A stretch of DNA of 61,229 nt, taken from Raillietiella orientalis. Lineage: Eukaryota. This document shows, piece after piece, positions 37,448 to 48,614 of this stretch. How positions within the stretch are numbered: the first letter of the stretch is position 1; each line of letters starts with the position of its first letter. The notes under the pieces were generated by a model that was not told the DNA's origin, ran no database searches, and saw nothing but the letters and a program-made list of their open reading frames with translations. The stretch is from assembly GCA_036172245.1 (NCBI GenBank), contig JAYWIR010000151.1, forward strand, positions 1-61,229. Reading direction: 5' to 3'. Both the position numbers and the translations under genes were made by a program.

Positions 37448-40400
37448 ATGCCGGGAATCTCCTCCCGCCGTCGTCTGCGCATCGCCGTTTGGAACGTGAA
37501 CGGCATGACAGACGCCGGCAGGAGACAAGACATGGTTGCCCTTCTGGAGTCCTACGACCTTGCGCTGCTGCAGGAGATCCACGTGATCTCTGCAGAACAA
37601 GCGCAGGAGATCGAACGGATCTCCGGAGAGCGGCTATGGTACAGGCGTGGGAGAGCGAAAAGTTGCGTTGTCGCCTACCTGCTTCGGCCAGCCGTCGAGG
37701 CCGCGGCTTGGGGCGTGCGGTTCGACGATCACGGTCCTGTCGGCCAGCTGACTCTCAGGTGTTCCGACTCGATCGATCTGATCGTCACGAACGTGTACGC
37801 ACCGAGCGGCAAGAACCTGATGAACAGGAGGGCGAGGAAAGAGTTTTTCCTTGCCCTCCGGCGAGACTGGCTGACCGAAACAGGCGTGCGGAATGCCCAT
37901 CTGGTTGCAGGCGATTTCAACGTTCGCCTGAAACCAGATGAGCAGAATGCCGAGCGTGACCTGGTCAACGAGGTGTGCATGGCGGTGCACACCTGGAATC
38001 TGTTGGCCAGTGCACCGGGGATGAAAGACAGCGTTGACCACGTGTTTCTTGACCAGCACCTGTGCCCTCGCGAGAGCAGGCGCGGCAAGTTACCGTGCGA
38101 GTTGTCCGACCATCGCCCGCTAGTCCTCGAGATCCATCCGCGCGACAGGGGCCCCCCCTCGTCAGCGTGGCGTCTCCCAGGGGACTGGCTGAAGCTCCCG
38201 GACGCGGCGGAACATCTCCGCACGTTCATACGGAGCTTCAGTCTGCGGACACTCCAGGATTGGGACCGCTTCAAGCGGTCGGTCCAGGAGTTCTGCGACC
38301 AGTTTCCTCTGCACCGCCTACCTACGGGTTTTGGGACCGGGGTCCGTAACGAACGAGCCTACCTTGAGGCCCGTCGTTACGCCAGGACCCCCGACATCCG
38401 CAGGCTGGCAAAAGACAAAGCGGAAGCCGAGAGGCAAGCCTGGCAGTCCGGATCGGCCAGCTTACTGGACGATCAGGGCCAGGAGCACTCGGCACCTTCC
38501 CAAATGCGCGGCCTGCTGCGGAGTTACTACACCTCCCTGTATGCCAGGGCACCTCCGGAGAGGAACGTCTCACGTCTCCTGCTTCCGGAAGGCACTCCAT
38601 CGATCATGGAGGAGCAGAGAAAGACCCTCGACGAGCCTTTCACGATGGACGAGATCCTCTCGGCCATCGGAAAGCTCAAGAGGCGAAAGGCTCCAGGGGA
38701 GGACGGCCTGCCCGCGGAGTTTTATCAAACTTTCGCGGCTGAGCTTACCCCCCTGGTACAGCAACTCACCTTGCTGATACGCGAAACAGGTGACGTTCCC
38801 GCCTCGTTTCGTTCGGCAAAGGTGCGGCTCCTCCCTAAGGGAGGAGATCTGAGGAGCATGAAGAACTGGCGTCCCATCACAATAGTGAATGCGGACGCCA
38901 AGTTGGTGGCCAAGGTTTGGGCAGAGCGTCTGGGACGGGTTGCCAACATCTTCATCAGCCCGGAACAGACATATGCTGTTCCCGGGCGAAGCATGGAGGC
39001 GAGCCTGTTCCACGCTTCCACCTGGCTAGAGCTCCAACATGAAAGGAGCTTGGTGCGCAGCTGGAATTCCGGTGCGTGCGCCGGCAAGGGGTTGGATGGT
39101 CGGGTGGGGGAGGGAGCCCTTGCGGTCGCAATCGACTTGCAGAAAGCATTCGATTGCGTCGACCAGAATCTCCTTCTGGAGCTTCTGGAACGCTTGGGCT
39201 TCGCGGCCTCATTAGTGGCCTATCTGCGCTTCTGCTGGCGCGACGCGCTCATCATTGTTACTTTCCGCGGGCAGACGGTGCAAGGCGTGTTGGTGCGGCG
39301 TGGGATCCGGCAGGGAGAAAGCCTGAGCCCCTTGCTCTTCAGTACCTACTTTGAGTTGGTACTGAGAGCGTACAGGGGAACTCTAGCGCACCTGCCGCAC
39401 GACTGTACCGGTACGCCGGCCGTTTTAGCATACGCGGAGGACCTTCTGCTGCTGCTACCTATGTCCACCCCGGCTGCGGCGGTCGAGGAGTTCTTCGACC
39501 TGCTACATCGGGGAACCGGACTTACGGTGAACAGGGCGAAGTCGTCCGTGATGCCAGTTTGTGCGGCGTGGGCAGGGCAGCAGGACTGGGTCCGTTTGGG
39601 GATCCCCACGGTGAGGTACTTCAAGTACCTTGGTGTGCCGTTGGGGGACTACTCCCCTGCGGAAGCGTGGTCCGGCTGCCTTCAAAAAGTAGAGACGGCG
39701 ATCGGCCCGTTCCGAGGCGGCAGGTTTTTCCTGGCTGAACGGGCCGCGGTTTGGAACACGTTCGCGGCTCCTCTCCTCCGCGCCCTGCTTTTTGTTTGCC
39801 CCCCCACAGAGATGATTAAAAAGCGGACAAAGGACCTCCTCCGTATCGCCCTTTGGGGCAACGGGAGGGCCCGAGTCCGCTTAAAGGACTTGTGCGCTCC
39901 TCGTCGGGATGGTGGTCTGGGCCTCCTGACGCTGGAGCGGCTGGAGCTTCAGCTCCAGTTCCGCTTGTCGGCTCTCGTTCCAGAGTTGTGGTGCACCTGT
40001 TGCTGCGTCCCTGCTCGTCTCCTACTCCAGCAAGCCACCGGCAAGACGGGACTGACGTCGTTTCTTGCACTCCGTCGCCGCGTCAACCGATGCGGACTCC
40101 AGCTACGGAGGGTGGCTGCGCTGTATCGGAAAAACCCAGGATTGCTCACCTGTCGCCCGTTTAACGGTAGTGCCTGGTTGCAGGAAACCGTTCGAACGTG
40201 GGGACGGTTCGGCATGCAACGCTCCCAACAGGAACGAAGGTTCCTGTTTGGGGGTTACAGAAGTTGCACACTCCGCGAGATCCTGGAGGATCCAAAGAAG
40301 AGAGCGTGGGCGGGATGAACCCCCCTCGCTGCTGCGCTTCCTTCCCTGAAGGAAGATCTGGACAGCGATGTTGCGGCGAAGTGGGTGGTTTCAGTATCAA

Positions 40401-41000
40401 TCTCGGGAAAGGAGAAGAAGATAGGAGAGTGGAAGACGGGGCAGTTAACAGACGCTGCTGCCCCGAGTACGCCTCGCAATGGACTTCTGCACTGGGGCGC
40501 GCTGCTCGATGTTCTCATTGAACATCTGAAGTGGCCCCCGGTGCTCATGAACACTTCCGCCCTCCTTTTAAAATGGCAGGAGTCGGCTCTCCTGTTGCAG
40601 CACTGGGGACTCCCCTCCAACGCCCGCCGACACCACTGGACCTGGGGAGCGGTGGTCCCCAATTGCGTCAGGTGTGGGGAACGGGAATCCCTCCCCCACC
40701 TGCTATTGGATTGTGTTGCCCTTCGGCCCCTTTGGTTTCGCTTTGCCGCGGCCATCGGAATCCCCTGCGGCAACCCCAGGGACGCACTGAAAGCCCTCTT
40801 CGTTGCCGACGCCCTTCGGCCAGCGGCCTCGTTAGCAGCTTTGTGCTGCCTACGCGGGAGGACAACGCGACCAGGGTGCCATCCAGCCAGCCTCCCAGTT
40901 CCTGAGGAGGGCGTCCCGATGGCCCCACCTGGATCCAGGAATACAGAAGAAGCTTGCCGGCATCCTGCAAAGGATGCAACGGCCCCACCAGCAACTGTGA
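37448..41000 (+). pseudogene. C1 ORF2 APE-RT-zinc finger (956 aa open, catalytic YADD changed to YAED, stop at 40318)
   Basis: WNVNG, LQEIH, NVYAP, GDFN, SDH, WRPIT, DLQKAFD, RQGESLSP, YAED and KYLG; zinc finger in ORF 40385-41107. Confidence 0.92.
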
Positions 41001-43798
41001 TCCCTTCCCTTACCCTCCCAACTTTTCTTTTCTTTTTTGTTTTGTTTTTTGTTTTTCCCCCTTCCCCCTGCTGCCGTGGTGGACCGTACCGGTCTGCAAA
41101 CCGGTGACCCGGCAGGCTCTGTGTTTCTTCGTGCGTGGCTGGAGCAATGGTCCAGCCACCGCACGTCTTTGTAAAAGTTTATTTTACAATAAACGCCCCG
41201 GCGAAATCCGGGTGAAAATCGAATGCTTTGTGCAAATCTACTGCTAGTGCCAAGGCTCCCGGCCTTTCTCCCGTCCGTCCGCACTAGCGCACGCAGTCGG
41301 CAGAAGTTCTTGCTGCTGTTCGGCTATCCGCAGCAACGCGCTCTTAAAGCTGCCACCAGGTGCGCGCGTGAAGAAGGTTCGCATCCATGGATCTACCCGG
41401 TACAGGGTAAGACTGCTCTACGCTTACCACGGACTCCGCGACTTTCCCTAAGCGCGTGACTCACAGCTTTGAAAACACCTTGACGTCCGTATTCACTAAT
41501 GTGATCGGACGCCAGTTGTTGAGTTGGCGCAGATCTTCTCCTTTCGGGAGGAGACGCACCCTCGCTGAGCGGAAGGAAGAAGGGACATCGCCCGTCACCC
41601 TAATCAGCGTCGAGATTCTAAGCACTAGTGGGGCGAGTTCCGCCGCGAAGCTCTTATAGAACTCCGCGGGCAGTCCGTCCTTACCTGGCCTCTTCCTTCT
41701 CTTGAGTCCTGCGATGGCGCAAGAAACTTCCTCCAACGTGAAGGGCTCGTCGAGACGATCGCGTTCCTCCTCGCCGACGCCATGTGCAGTTCGCGGCAAA
41801 AGTAGTTCGAAGAGGACTCTTTCCGTCGGGGAATTAGCGTAGAGCAAGGAGAAGTGACGCTTTAGTGCTCGCCGCACTTCGGCAGGAGCCGTGCATTCCC
41901 GAACTTGGTCGTCGAGCAGAATAGCCGCTCCAGACTGCCAGCCCTGGCACTCGGCCCTCGCCTTGTACTCTGCGAATTGCCGGACTTCCGTAAGTCTCGA
42001 GAAGGTGCGCGCCTGCAGAAATGCTCTACTATTGGCCACGCCTTTCCCGGAGCCGCGTGGTAGCAGGTGCAGGGGGAACCGGTCGCAAAACTCACGAACC
42101 GATCGATCTTTTAAGATGGTCCCAGTCTGCTAGTTCCCGGATGGCAAAGCCGCGAAGGAACTGGGAAAGATGCTCCGCGGCTTCCTTATGACTCAGCCAA
42201 TCCTCCGGCATCCTCCAAACATTGTTTGGAGGTTCCTTGCCCGGTGGGAGTAGCTCGAACTCCAGCCTATCATGGTCCAATAACGTGGACGGCACCCTGT
42301 CTCTCCTTCCCACTCGTGAGAGTAGGTGTTCATCGAGGTAGAGGTGATCCACGCACCTTTCCAGTTCAGGCTCGCCGGCTTCCAAGTTACGCGCGTACAC
42401 CGAAGCGCATGCCTCTTCCACGCACGACCGTTACGCCGGAGACCTCGTCCCGTTGCAAAGCAGGTGGACGTTGTATTCCCCTGCGACGAGATGTGACACT
42501 CTGGCTCCGGAGTTCCTGAGGCATTGGCTCTCCAGCACATCAAAGAACTCGATTCTTTCGACACGCCGATGAAAGCCGCTCGGTGCGTAGACGTTCGTTA
42601 CGACGAGGTTGATTGAATCTGACCACTTGAGTACAAGTTGGCCCATTCGCCCTACATGGTCGAATCCAACGCTGCGCACCGCTCCCGCCATCCTACTATG
42701 TACGAGTAACCCGACTCCGTACGATTGTGCAGAACCTTCTCGCCAGTATAGGGTGCCACCCGCGCGCTGTTCGATTTCGGCAACCTTCGCATCGGAGATG
42801 TAATGCATCTCCTGAAAAATCGCCAAATCGAAATGTCGCAGGGTGTCTGACACGTCTCGCCTTTTTCCGTCCCTGGGCAGTCCATTGACGTTCCAACAGG
42901 CTACGCTGAATCGACGAAAAGAGGCGACTTCCTGCATTAAGGCTGGGAAGGTGAGCACAGATTTCTCGCCTTGTCCGGCGAGTGGTCACGAGACAGAGCG
43001 GTCGATCTCGGAGACTGGACATCTCCATTCGACGCCGCACTGCTTGTTGCCGTTAGCTCAGAGGTGAGGTCCTCTTGCTGCTCTTTGCTCCCCAGCAACA
43101 CTTCCTCCTCGGCAACCACGCGCTTGCGGGTCTTCGGGAGGCGATTGCGCGGTTTCGGGCGGTTGTCGCGCTGTTTGCTTTTTCTGTCGGAATCTAGATC
43201 AGAATCCGACAGTCGAAGGCTTGCCAGGCGCTGCTGCTGTTTCCCGGAATTAGGGAAATCGTTCGCAGCCTGTTTCCTAGCGCTTTCTGCAACTGCGGCT
43301 GGGACACTCGTCCTTTTAGCCACTGCAGCAGCCTCCCGCTCCATCCACGAGAGGACGACTGCGCAGTAAGAAAGAATTCGCAATCCTTTTCTGGGTAGGT
43401 TTCGCGGGTTTCTTTCGCTCACTACACCTTAACACAGAGCTGCGAAGACCTTGATGGTTTCTTTCTAATGAACCTTCTAACCTGCAGCCAGCCGTCTTCC
43501 TTCGCGTCGCAGTTATCTTTGCCATCCTGAGATGGCGCTGCTTCCAAGGATGTAAGAGGCGTTGCCTTGGCTGCCTCTTGGAGTGCTTCCTCCTCGCAGG
43601 CGTAAGCAACTCCTCTAGCGATCGCGAGAGCCTTGCGCACGGGCGGTATCGCCGCCGCTGAACGAAAGGGAGGCGTGATTATAGCTAGTTTAAAACTATA
43701 CCCAATACCCCGCCAAGGCAGTGTTTAAAACCACTGCCAAGCCAATTTTTGAGTGCCCTGAGAGAGCAAGTGTTTGAGTGAACGCCAGTGTGGAAAGA

Positions 43799-45685
43799 AT
43801 GCAACCCGGGACCATCATCAGCAGCAGCAGCAGCGCCGAGAAGTCCACGGTGGAAGTCCTGAAGTCGTCCCGAGCAGCCGGAACAGCTGCCAGGATACAG
43901 GCATCTGGAGTTGGAGGAGTGGTGAGGCCATCGTCCCCCATGGAAGCCATGGAGGTAACGTGAGGCAACGGCGAGGTGGCATCAGGCATGCCGAAGATCG
44001 CGCCCGCAAAGGGCTTTGCTGCGCCGGCTGCACCGATGCCAAGGGTCGTGCCCGCGGCGACGACGGCAGAGGTCGTGCCCGCGGCGGCGACGACGAGGAT
44101 CGTGCCCGCGGCGGGGAAGGTCGCGCCTGCGGCGACGATGCCGAGGGTGCCGCCCGCGGCGGTAACGGCGGCAACGTCGAGGTTTGCGCCCGCGGCGGTG
44201 GCGTCCCAGGCGGGACCCGCGGGCGTCCACGCGGTGCAGGGAGCGACGCCATCTTGTTCGGCTGCGGCGTCGCGGCCCTTTTCTTATGCGTCGGTGGCGG
44301 CTGGACAGGCGAGTGTCCACCCACCTAGGAAATTCGGTAAGCCGCTTAGCGGAAAAGTACTAAAAGTGGACCGACCAATAGTCGAAATAGGCCCCAACGT
44401 GAAGCCCATTATCTTCAAGACGGGGCTAATAAAATTTAATAACATGAGGGAGATCTATCTGTCCCTCGACAAGACGGACATAGACTTTGATCGCATTCAG
44501 GCGATCATTCCATCGAACAACGGGTTCACAGTCTTTACAGACTGTGAAAACATTAGAGAGCGATTGATCCAGAAGGGGATCAATATACAAGGACGGATGG
44601 TTTGTGGTATTGGCGAGATGCCATACACAACCGTCTTTTTAAACGGCATCTCCATCCTCACACAGCAACTAGCGGTGTGGAATTACTTGGAGCAGTTTGG
44701 GGAAGTATTGGACGTTGATTTCCAGAACTTCTCTGGAAACATATTTTCTGGCGACATGATCACCAAGATGAAGTTGAGGGAGGGAGCGGTGATCCCTGGA
44801 CTCGCCGTTATTGACGAACAATCCCAGGGAGTGAATGTGCGTTACCGGCAACAACCGGTATTCTGCACCGGGTGCAAGCAGTTCGGCCACAGGGCCAGCG
44901 CTTGCTAAACTTGCCGCTGCTTTCAATGCGGCAAACTAGGACATCAAGTCCGAAACTGCCCGCAGCCGGAGGTGTGCTCCTTCTGCAAGAAACACGGACA
45001 TGCGAAATGGAGCTGTCCGGAGTTTCAAAACTGCAGAAGGATTCGAAGTCTGTCTCCCGTGAGAGAGAGATACATCAAGGAGGCCGCACAGCCTCAGAAG
45101 GCAGGAAGGCAGAAAAACGTCAAAGAAGCCGTCCCGGTGTCGACAGACGGCTTCATAGAAGTGGGAAAGAAGGGAAAGAGAAACATGCTCGTCAAAAAGC
45201 AAGGAACTCCTCAAATCCTGGAAGCAGCAGAGCAGGAAGGCGAGAAGATGGAGGTAGCGCAGGAAGGCGCGGAGGAAAAGAGACAGGAAGCCACTAAAGT
45301 GCCACAGGAGGCTCTGCAGACCACGGAGGAGTTAACAACACTGGCGGAGGAGATCATGGAGGTGCAGAGCGGTCCTCAACAAGAGAAAATCTTGCAGAAG
45401 ATCTGCACTGCACAAGAGAACATCAACCAGGTGGTGGAGGTCGCTGAACGCGAGAAGTTAGAGGAACAGCTTCTCGACGTGAAGGCGAACTTCTGCGCCA
45501 AAGTCGAAATAGAGGCGCTATCTCGAAAATTGAACGCGCAGGCGGAACACTCTACGGAGGAGGCGGAAATTACCGACCTCACAGGTACGGAGAGTGACGC
45601 CGGCAGCGAGAAGCCCGCTGCTTCTTCGACGTCTGGAAGAGCACGCTCTCGCAGACAGAAGAAGCTCAGGAAGGCCAAGAAATAG
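43799..45685 (+). pseudogene. L ORF1 (in-frame stops at 43963 and 44908)
   Basis: ORFs 43778-43963, 43976-44908 and 44972-45685 share a frame; knuckles CTGCKQFGHRASAC, CFQCGKLGHQVRNC and CSFCKKHGHAKWSC. Confidence 0.85.
44030..44200 (+). repeat. Degenerate coding minisatellite (units of about 21-30 bp with a GTGCCCGCGGCG core) in L ORF1
   Basis: Repeated CCCGCGGCG encoding VVPAATT, VVPAAATT, IVPAAG, VAPAATM and VPPAAV. Confidence 0.75.
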
Positions 45686-45698
45686 GTCTTCCCCTTTT

Positions 45699-48614
45699 AT
45701 GACCTCTTCCCTATCGACCGCCAGGAGGCTGAACATCGGCTCCTGGAACGTAAACGGTGTGGTCGACCAGGGAAAAAGAAGAAGGATTGTGCGTACCATC
45801 GCACAAAAAGACATCGTGTGCCTGCAGGAGACCCACAGGATTGGTCTCGAAATCAGCCAGCGAATGGAACGGCGATTCAACGGGCAGATGTTCGTCAGCG
45901 AAGGAGAACGGAACACGAAGGGTGTGGCGCTGCTAATAAAGAAACACTTAGCCCCCACTATTCTGGAAGTGTTCTGTCCCCAACCCGGACGAACCATCAG
46001 CGTGCGACTGGCCTGGTCCGCAACTGTTCACCTTATCCTGGTGAACGTGTACGGGCCGCACAGGCTAAAACATCGTTGTGCGGAGGCGCTGCATACAGCA
46101 CTCCGGCAAAAGGTCTCCCCAAAGGACGAATGGATTGTTGCTGGGGATCTCAACATCTTGGATGAGATCATTCATTCAGTACACGCCAGAGGAAGGACGG
46201 CGTATCGACGGCTATCCGACCAGTTCGGACTGATCTGGCGAACAGCAAGCCACAAGCCGATCGATCACGCCCTGCACAGCACCGAATTTGGGAACCGCAT
46301 CCAGGGGTTTCGCGACACTATGACTACGGTGTCCGATCACCCCCTGGTACGGTTATCCTTAAGAACGGCGAATCCTCGGCGGAGGCAAGGCACCAGGGCG
46401 GCGCTCATCAGCATGCCCGCCTGGTTCGGAACCCATCCCGGACATCAGGGTGTCCTGGAGGTGATTCTGAGGGCAACAACAATCCGAACAGTCGCCGACT
46501 GGGACAGCCTGAAACACAGGATACACCTGTTTGCGAACATGCAGTTCAAGGATAGGCGCTTGAGGCAAGTGGCGTACCGGGAGCTGAACATCCAAGATCG
46601 CTCCCTCTCAAAGTACTTCGATCAGTACGAGAGTCGGTACGTCCTCAATAACATAACAGGGGAAGTCGGCGTGCTGGAGAAGAGAAATCTGGCAACAGAT
46701 ATCTTCTGCATCCAGTACGACGGCCAAAAGCGACAGTCGTCTGAGGACATCGTGGATGCCTTTCACAGGCATTACACGAAACACTTCAGGCGACAACAGC
46801 TGTGTCGTTCTAGTCAACAGGCCTTCTTGAGTTATCTCGAGAAGAGGACCAACGACCTCCAGCGGAACAGACTGGAGGAGCAGTTCTCCGAAGAAGAGGT
46901 GAAGACTGCGTTTCGGCAACTTCGCAAGGACGTGGCAGCCGGCCCTGACAGTGTACCCATCACGCACTATCAGCGGTACCTGCACGCCTACCTGCGCTTG
47001 TTCCACCAGTTGACCCTCTCCATCCGGGAAGAAGGCAGACTACCTCAGTCCTTCTACGAGAGTCGGATGAGATTGCTGCCGAAAGGAGGCGACTCTACCC
47101 AGATCGCCCAATGGAGGCCAATCTCGATTCTAAACTCCGATGCCAAGTGGTTGGCGAAGATCAGGTCCAACCGCTTAGGCAAGGTCATGTCGAGGCTGAT
47201 CTCTCCGGTCCAGACATGTGCAGTCCCAGGACGACACATGTCATACAATGTCAAGTGTGCCCAGGCCACTGTTGGACTCAGTCGATACGTCGGCGAGAAC
47301 CTGTTGCTGTTGTTCACTGACACGGAGAAGGCCTTCGACTCCATCGACCATGGGATGCTGCTGAAGGTTCTGGAGAAGCTAGGGCTTCCGGAACACTTCA
47401 GCAACTTCGTGAGGGCGGTACTCCAGAACCAGTACTGCCGGATCAAGATCAACGGCAAGGAGACGGCAGCAATCAGGATGGAACGAGGAGTCCGACAGGG
47501 CGACTCGCTAAGTCCGATGCTGTTCGTCATCTATATGGAGGCGTTGTCGTCCTTTATCGAGAAGAGCGGACGACTAAGCGGGTTTACCATCGATAGCCAG
47601 CGTCTTACCCATCTGGCATACGCCGATGATCTACTCTTCTTCATCAAAGGAGACAAAAATCAGCGTGCGTTTCTGGATTTCGTGGACCTGATGGAACAGG
47701 GCTTGGGCATAAAAATCAATTCCCAGAAGAGCCAGCTTTTGCCCGTCGGAATCCTGAACCTCTCCACTCTAACAAGTACTGAAGTCCGTACGGTGGACAC
47801 GGCCAAGTACCTGGGAGTCTACATCGGCGACGACTCGGCGTCGAAGCTGCTGTGGAAGGAAATCCTGGGGAAAACGGCCAAGGAAGCAGCCAAGTACACC
47901 CGCACGGACCTTGGGATGAAGCGAAAGGCCAACATATGGAACGGAGTACTCCTTTCGAAAGTGCTCTTCGAGGCGGCCTACGCGAGGATGAATAAGGACA
48001 CTACTAGGGGGTTCGACAAGTTGCAAAGAAAAACACTCTGGGGCCACTATCGCCCAGGAGTAAGACTGAAACCCCTGTGTCGTCCCAGGGAAGAAGGCGG
48101 TTCCGGAATGAAGTCGCTTGCACATTCCATGGAAATCATGGATACGCGACACATCCTGGACATTGCCACTCACTGTGATGACTGGCCGTATGCGGCGCAC
48201 AGGGCCTACGCGTTGTTGCTTAACAACTCGAAAGGCCTGATGACTGCGCTGCTAGGCCGAGCAGGAAAGTGGAACAAAATCGACCCCACCTGGACGAGGA
48301 AGCAACGGCTGGTGCGGAAGCACCAAATCAAGATCGTGCCGCGAAGCAGGGAACTCTGGCAGGACGAGTCCATCCTGGTGATCCCTTGGATGCTTCCTGT
48401 CCCGCCGGATACCAGAAGCTGGATCTACCAGCGGTCCAGACTTACCCTACTTCAAATCCAGGAGTGGAGGCGAGGAGGCTACCTACATCAAACTCGTATA
48501 CTTCGGTATACAGAGATGATGTTAGGAAGGTTTAATCACAGTTTCCGCGAAGTGTGGTTCAACCACAACGACTTCGCATGGTCGAGGGTAACCAGAACAA
48601 ACCTCCGAATCTAA
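45699..48614 (+). CDS. L ORF2 endonuclease-reverse transcriptase (open through the RT; zinc-finger tail to about 49165 is cut off by stops and frameshifts)
   Basis: WNVNG, LQETH, NVYGP, GDLN, SDH, WRPISILN, DTEKAFD, GVRQGDSLSP, YADD and KYLG; CAACGDDDTRLHVLTC downstream. Confidence 0.9.
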   Translation: MTSSLSTARRLNIGSWNVNGVVDQGKRRRIVRTIAQKDIVCLQETHRIGLEISQRMERRFNGQMFVSEGERNTKGVALLIKKHLAPTILEVFCPQPGRTISVRLAWSATVHLILVNVYGPHRLKHRCAEALHTALRQKVSPKDEWIVAGDLNILDEIIHSVHARGRTAYRRLSDQFGLIWRTASHKPIDHALHSTEFGNRIQGFRDTMTTVSDHPLVRLSLRTANPRRRQGTRAALISMPAWFGTHPGHQGVLEVILRATTIRTVADWDSLKHRIHLFANMQFKDRRLRQVAYRELNIQDRSLSKYFDQYESRYVLNNITGEVGVLEKRNLATDIFCIQYDGQKRQSSEDIVDAFHRHYTKHFRRQQLCRSSQQAFLSYLEKRTNDLQRNRLEEQFSEEEVKTAFRQLRKDVAAGPDSVPITHYQRYLHAYLRLFHQLTLSIREEGRLPQSFYESRMRLLPKGGDSTQIAQWRPISILNSDAKWLAKIRSNRLGKVMSRLISPVQTCAVPGRHMSYNVKCAQATVGLSRYVGENLLLLFTDTEKAFDSIDHGMLLKVLEKLGLPEHFSNFVRAVLQNQYCRIKINGKETAAIRMERGVRQGDSLSPMLFVIYMEALSSFIEKSGRLSGFTIDSQRLTHLAYADDLLFFIKGDKNQRAFLDFVDLMEQGLGIKINSQKSQLLPVGILNLSTLTSTEVRTVDTAKYLGVYIGDDSASKLLWKEILGKTAKEAAKYTRTDLGMKRKANIWNGVLLSKVLFEAAYARMNKDTTRGFDKLQRKTLWGHYRPGVRLKPLCRPREEGGSGMKSLAHSMEIMDTRHILDIATHCDDWPYAAHRAYALLLNNSKGLMTALLGRAGKWNKIDPTWTRKQRLVRKHQIKIVPRSRELWQDESILVIPWMLPVPPDTRSWIYQRSRLTLLQIQEWRRGGYLHQTRILRYTEMMLGRFNHSFREVWFNHNDFAWSRVTRTNLRI

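Larger units (their letters stand above)
35680..41218 (+). mobile_element. Family C copy C1, full length, inserted antisense in the F1 RT
   Basis: GGACGTG at 35690; AATAAA and hairpin at 41188-41214; flanks TCGAACGCCTTGTGC (35665-35679) and TCGAATGCTTTGTGC (41219-41233). Confidence 0.95.
34521..41233. repeat. Left arm of a roughly 6.7-kb inverted repeat (right arm 54474-61217)
   Basis: 34521 pairs with 61217 and 35679 pairs with 60059; the ORF track shows mirrored, near-identical peptides. Confidence 0.93.
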
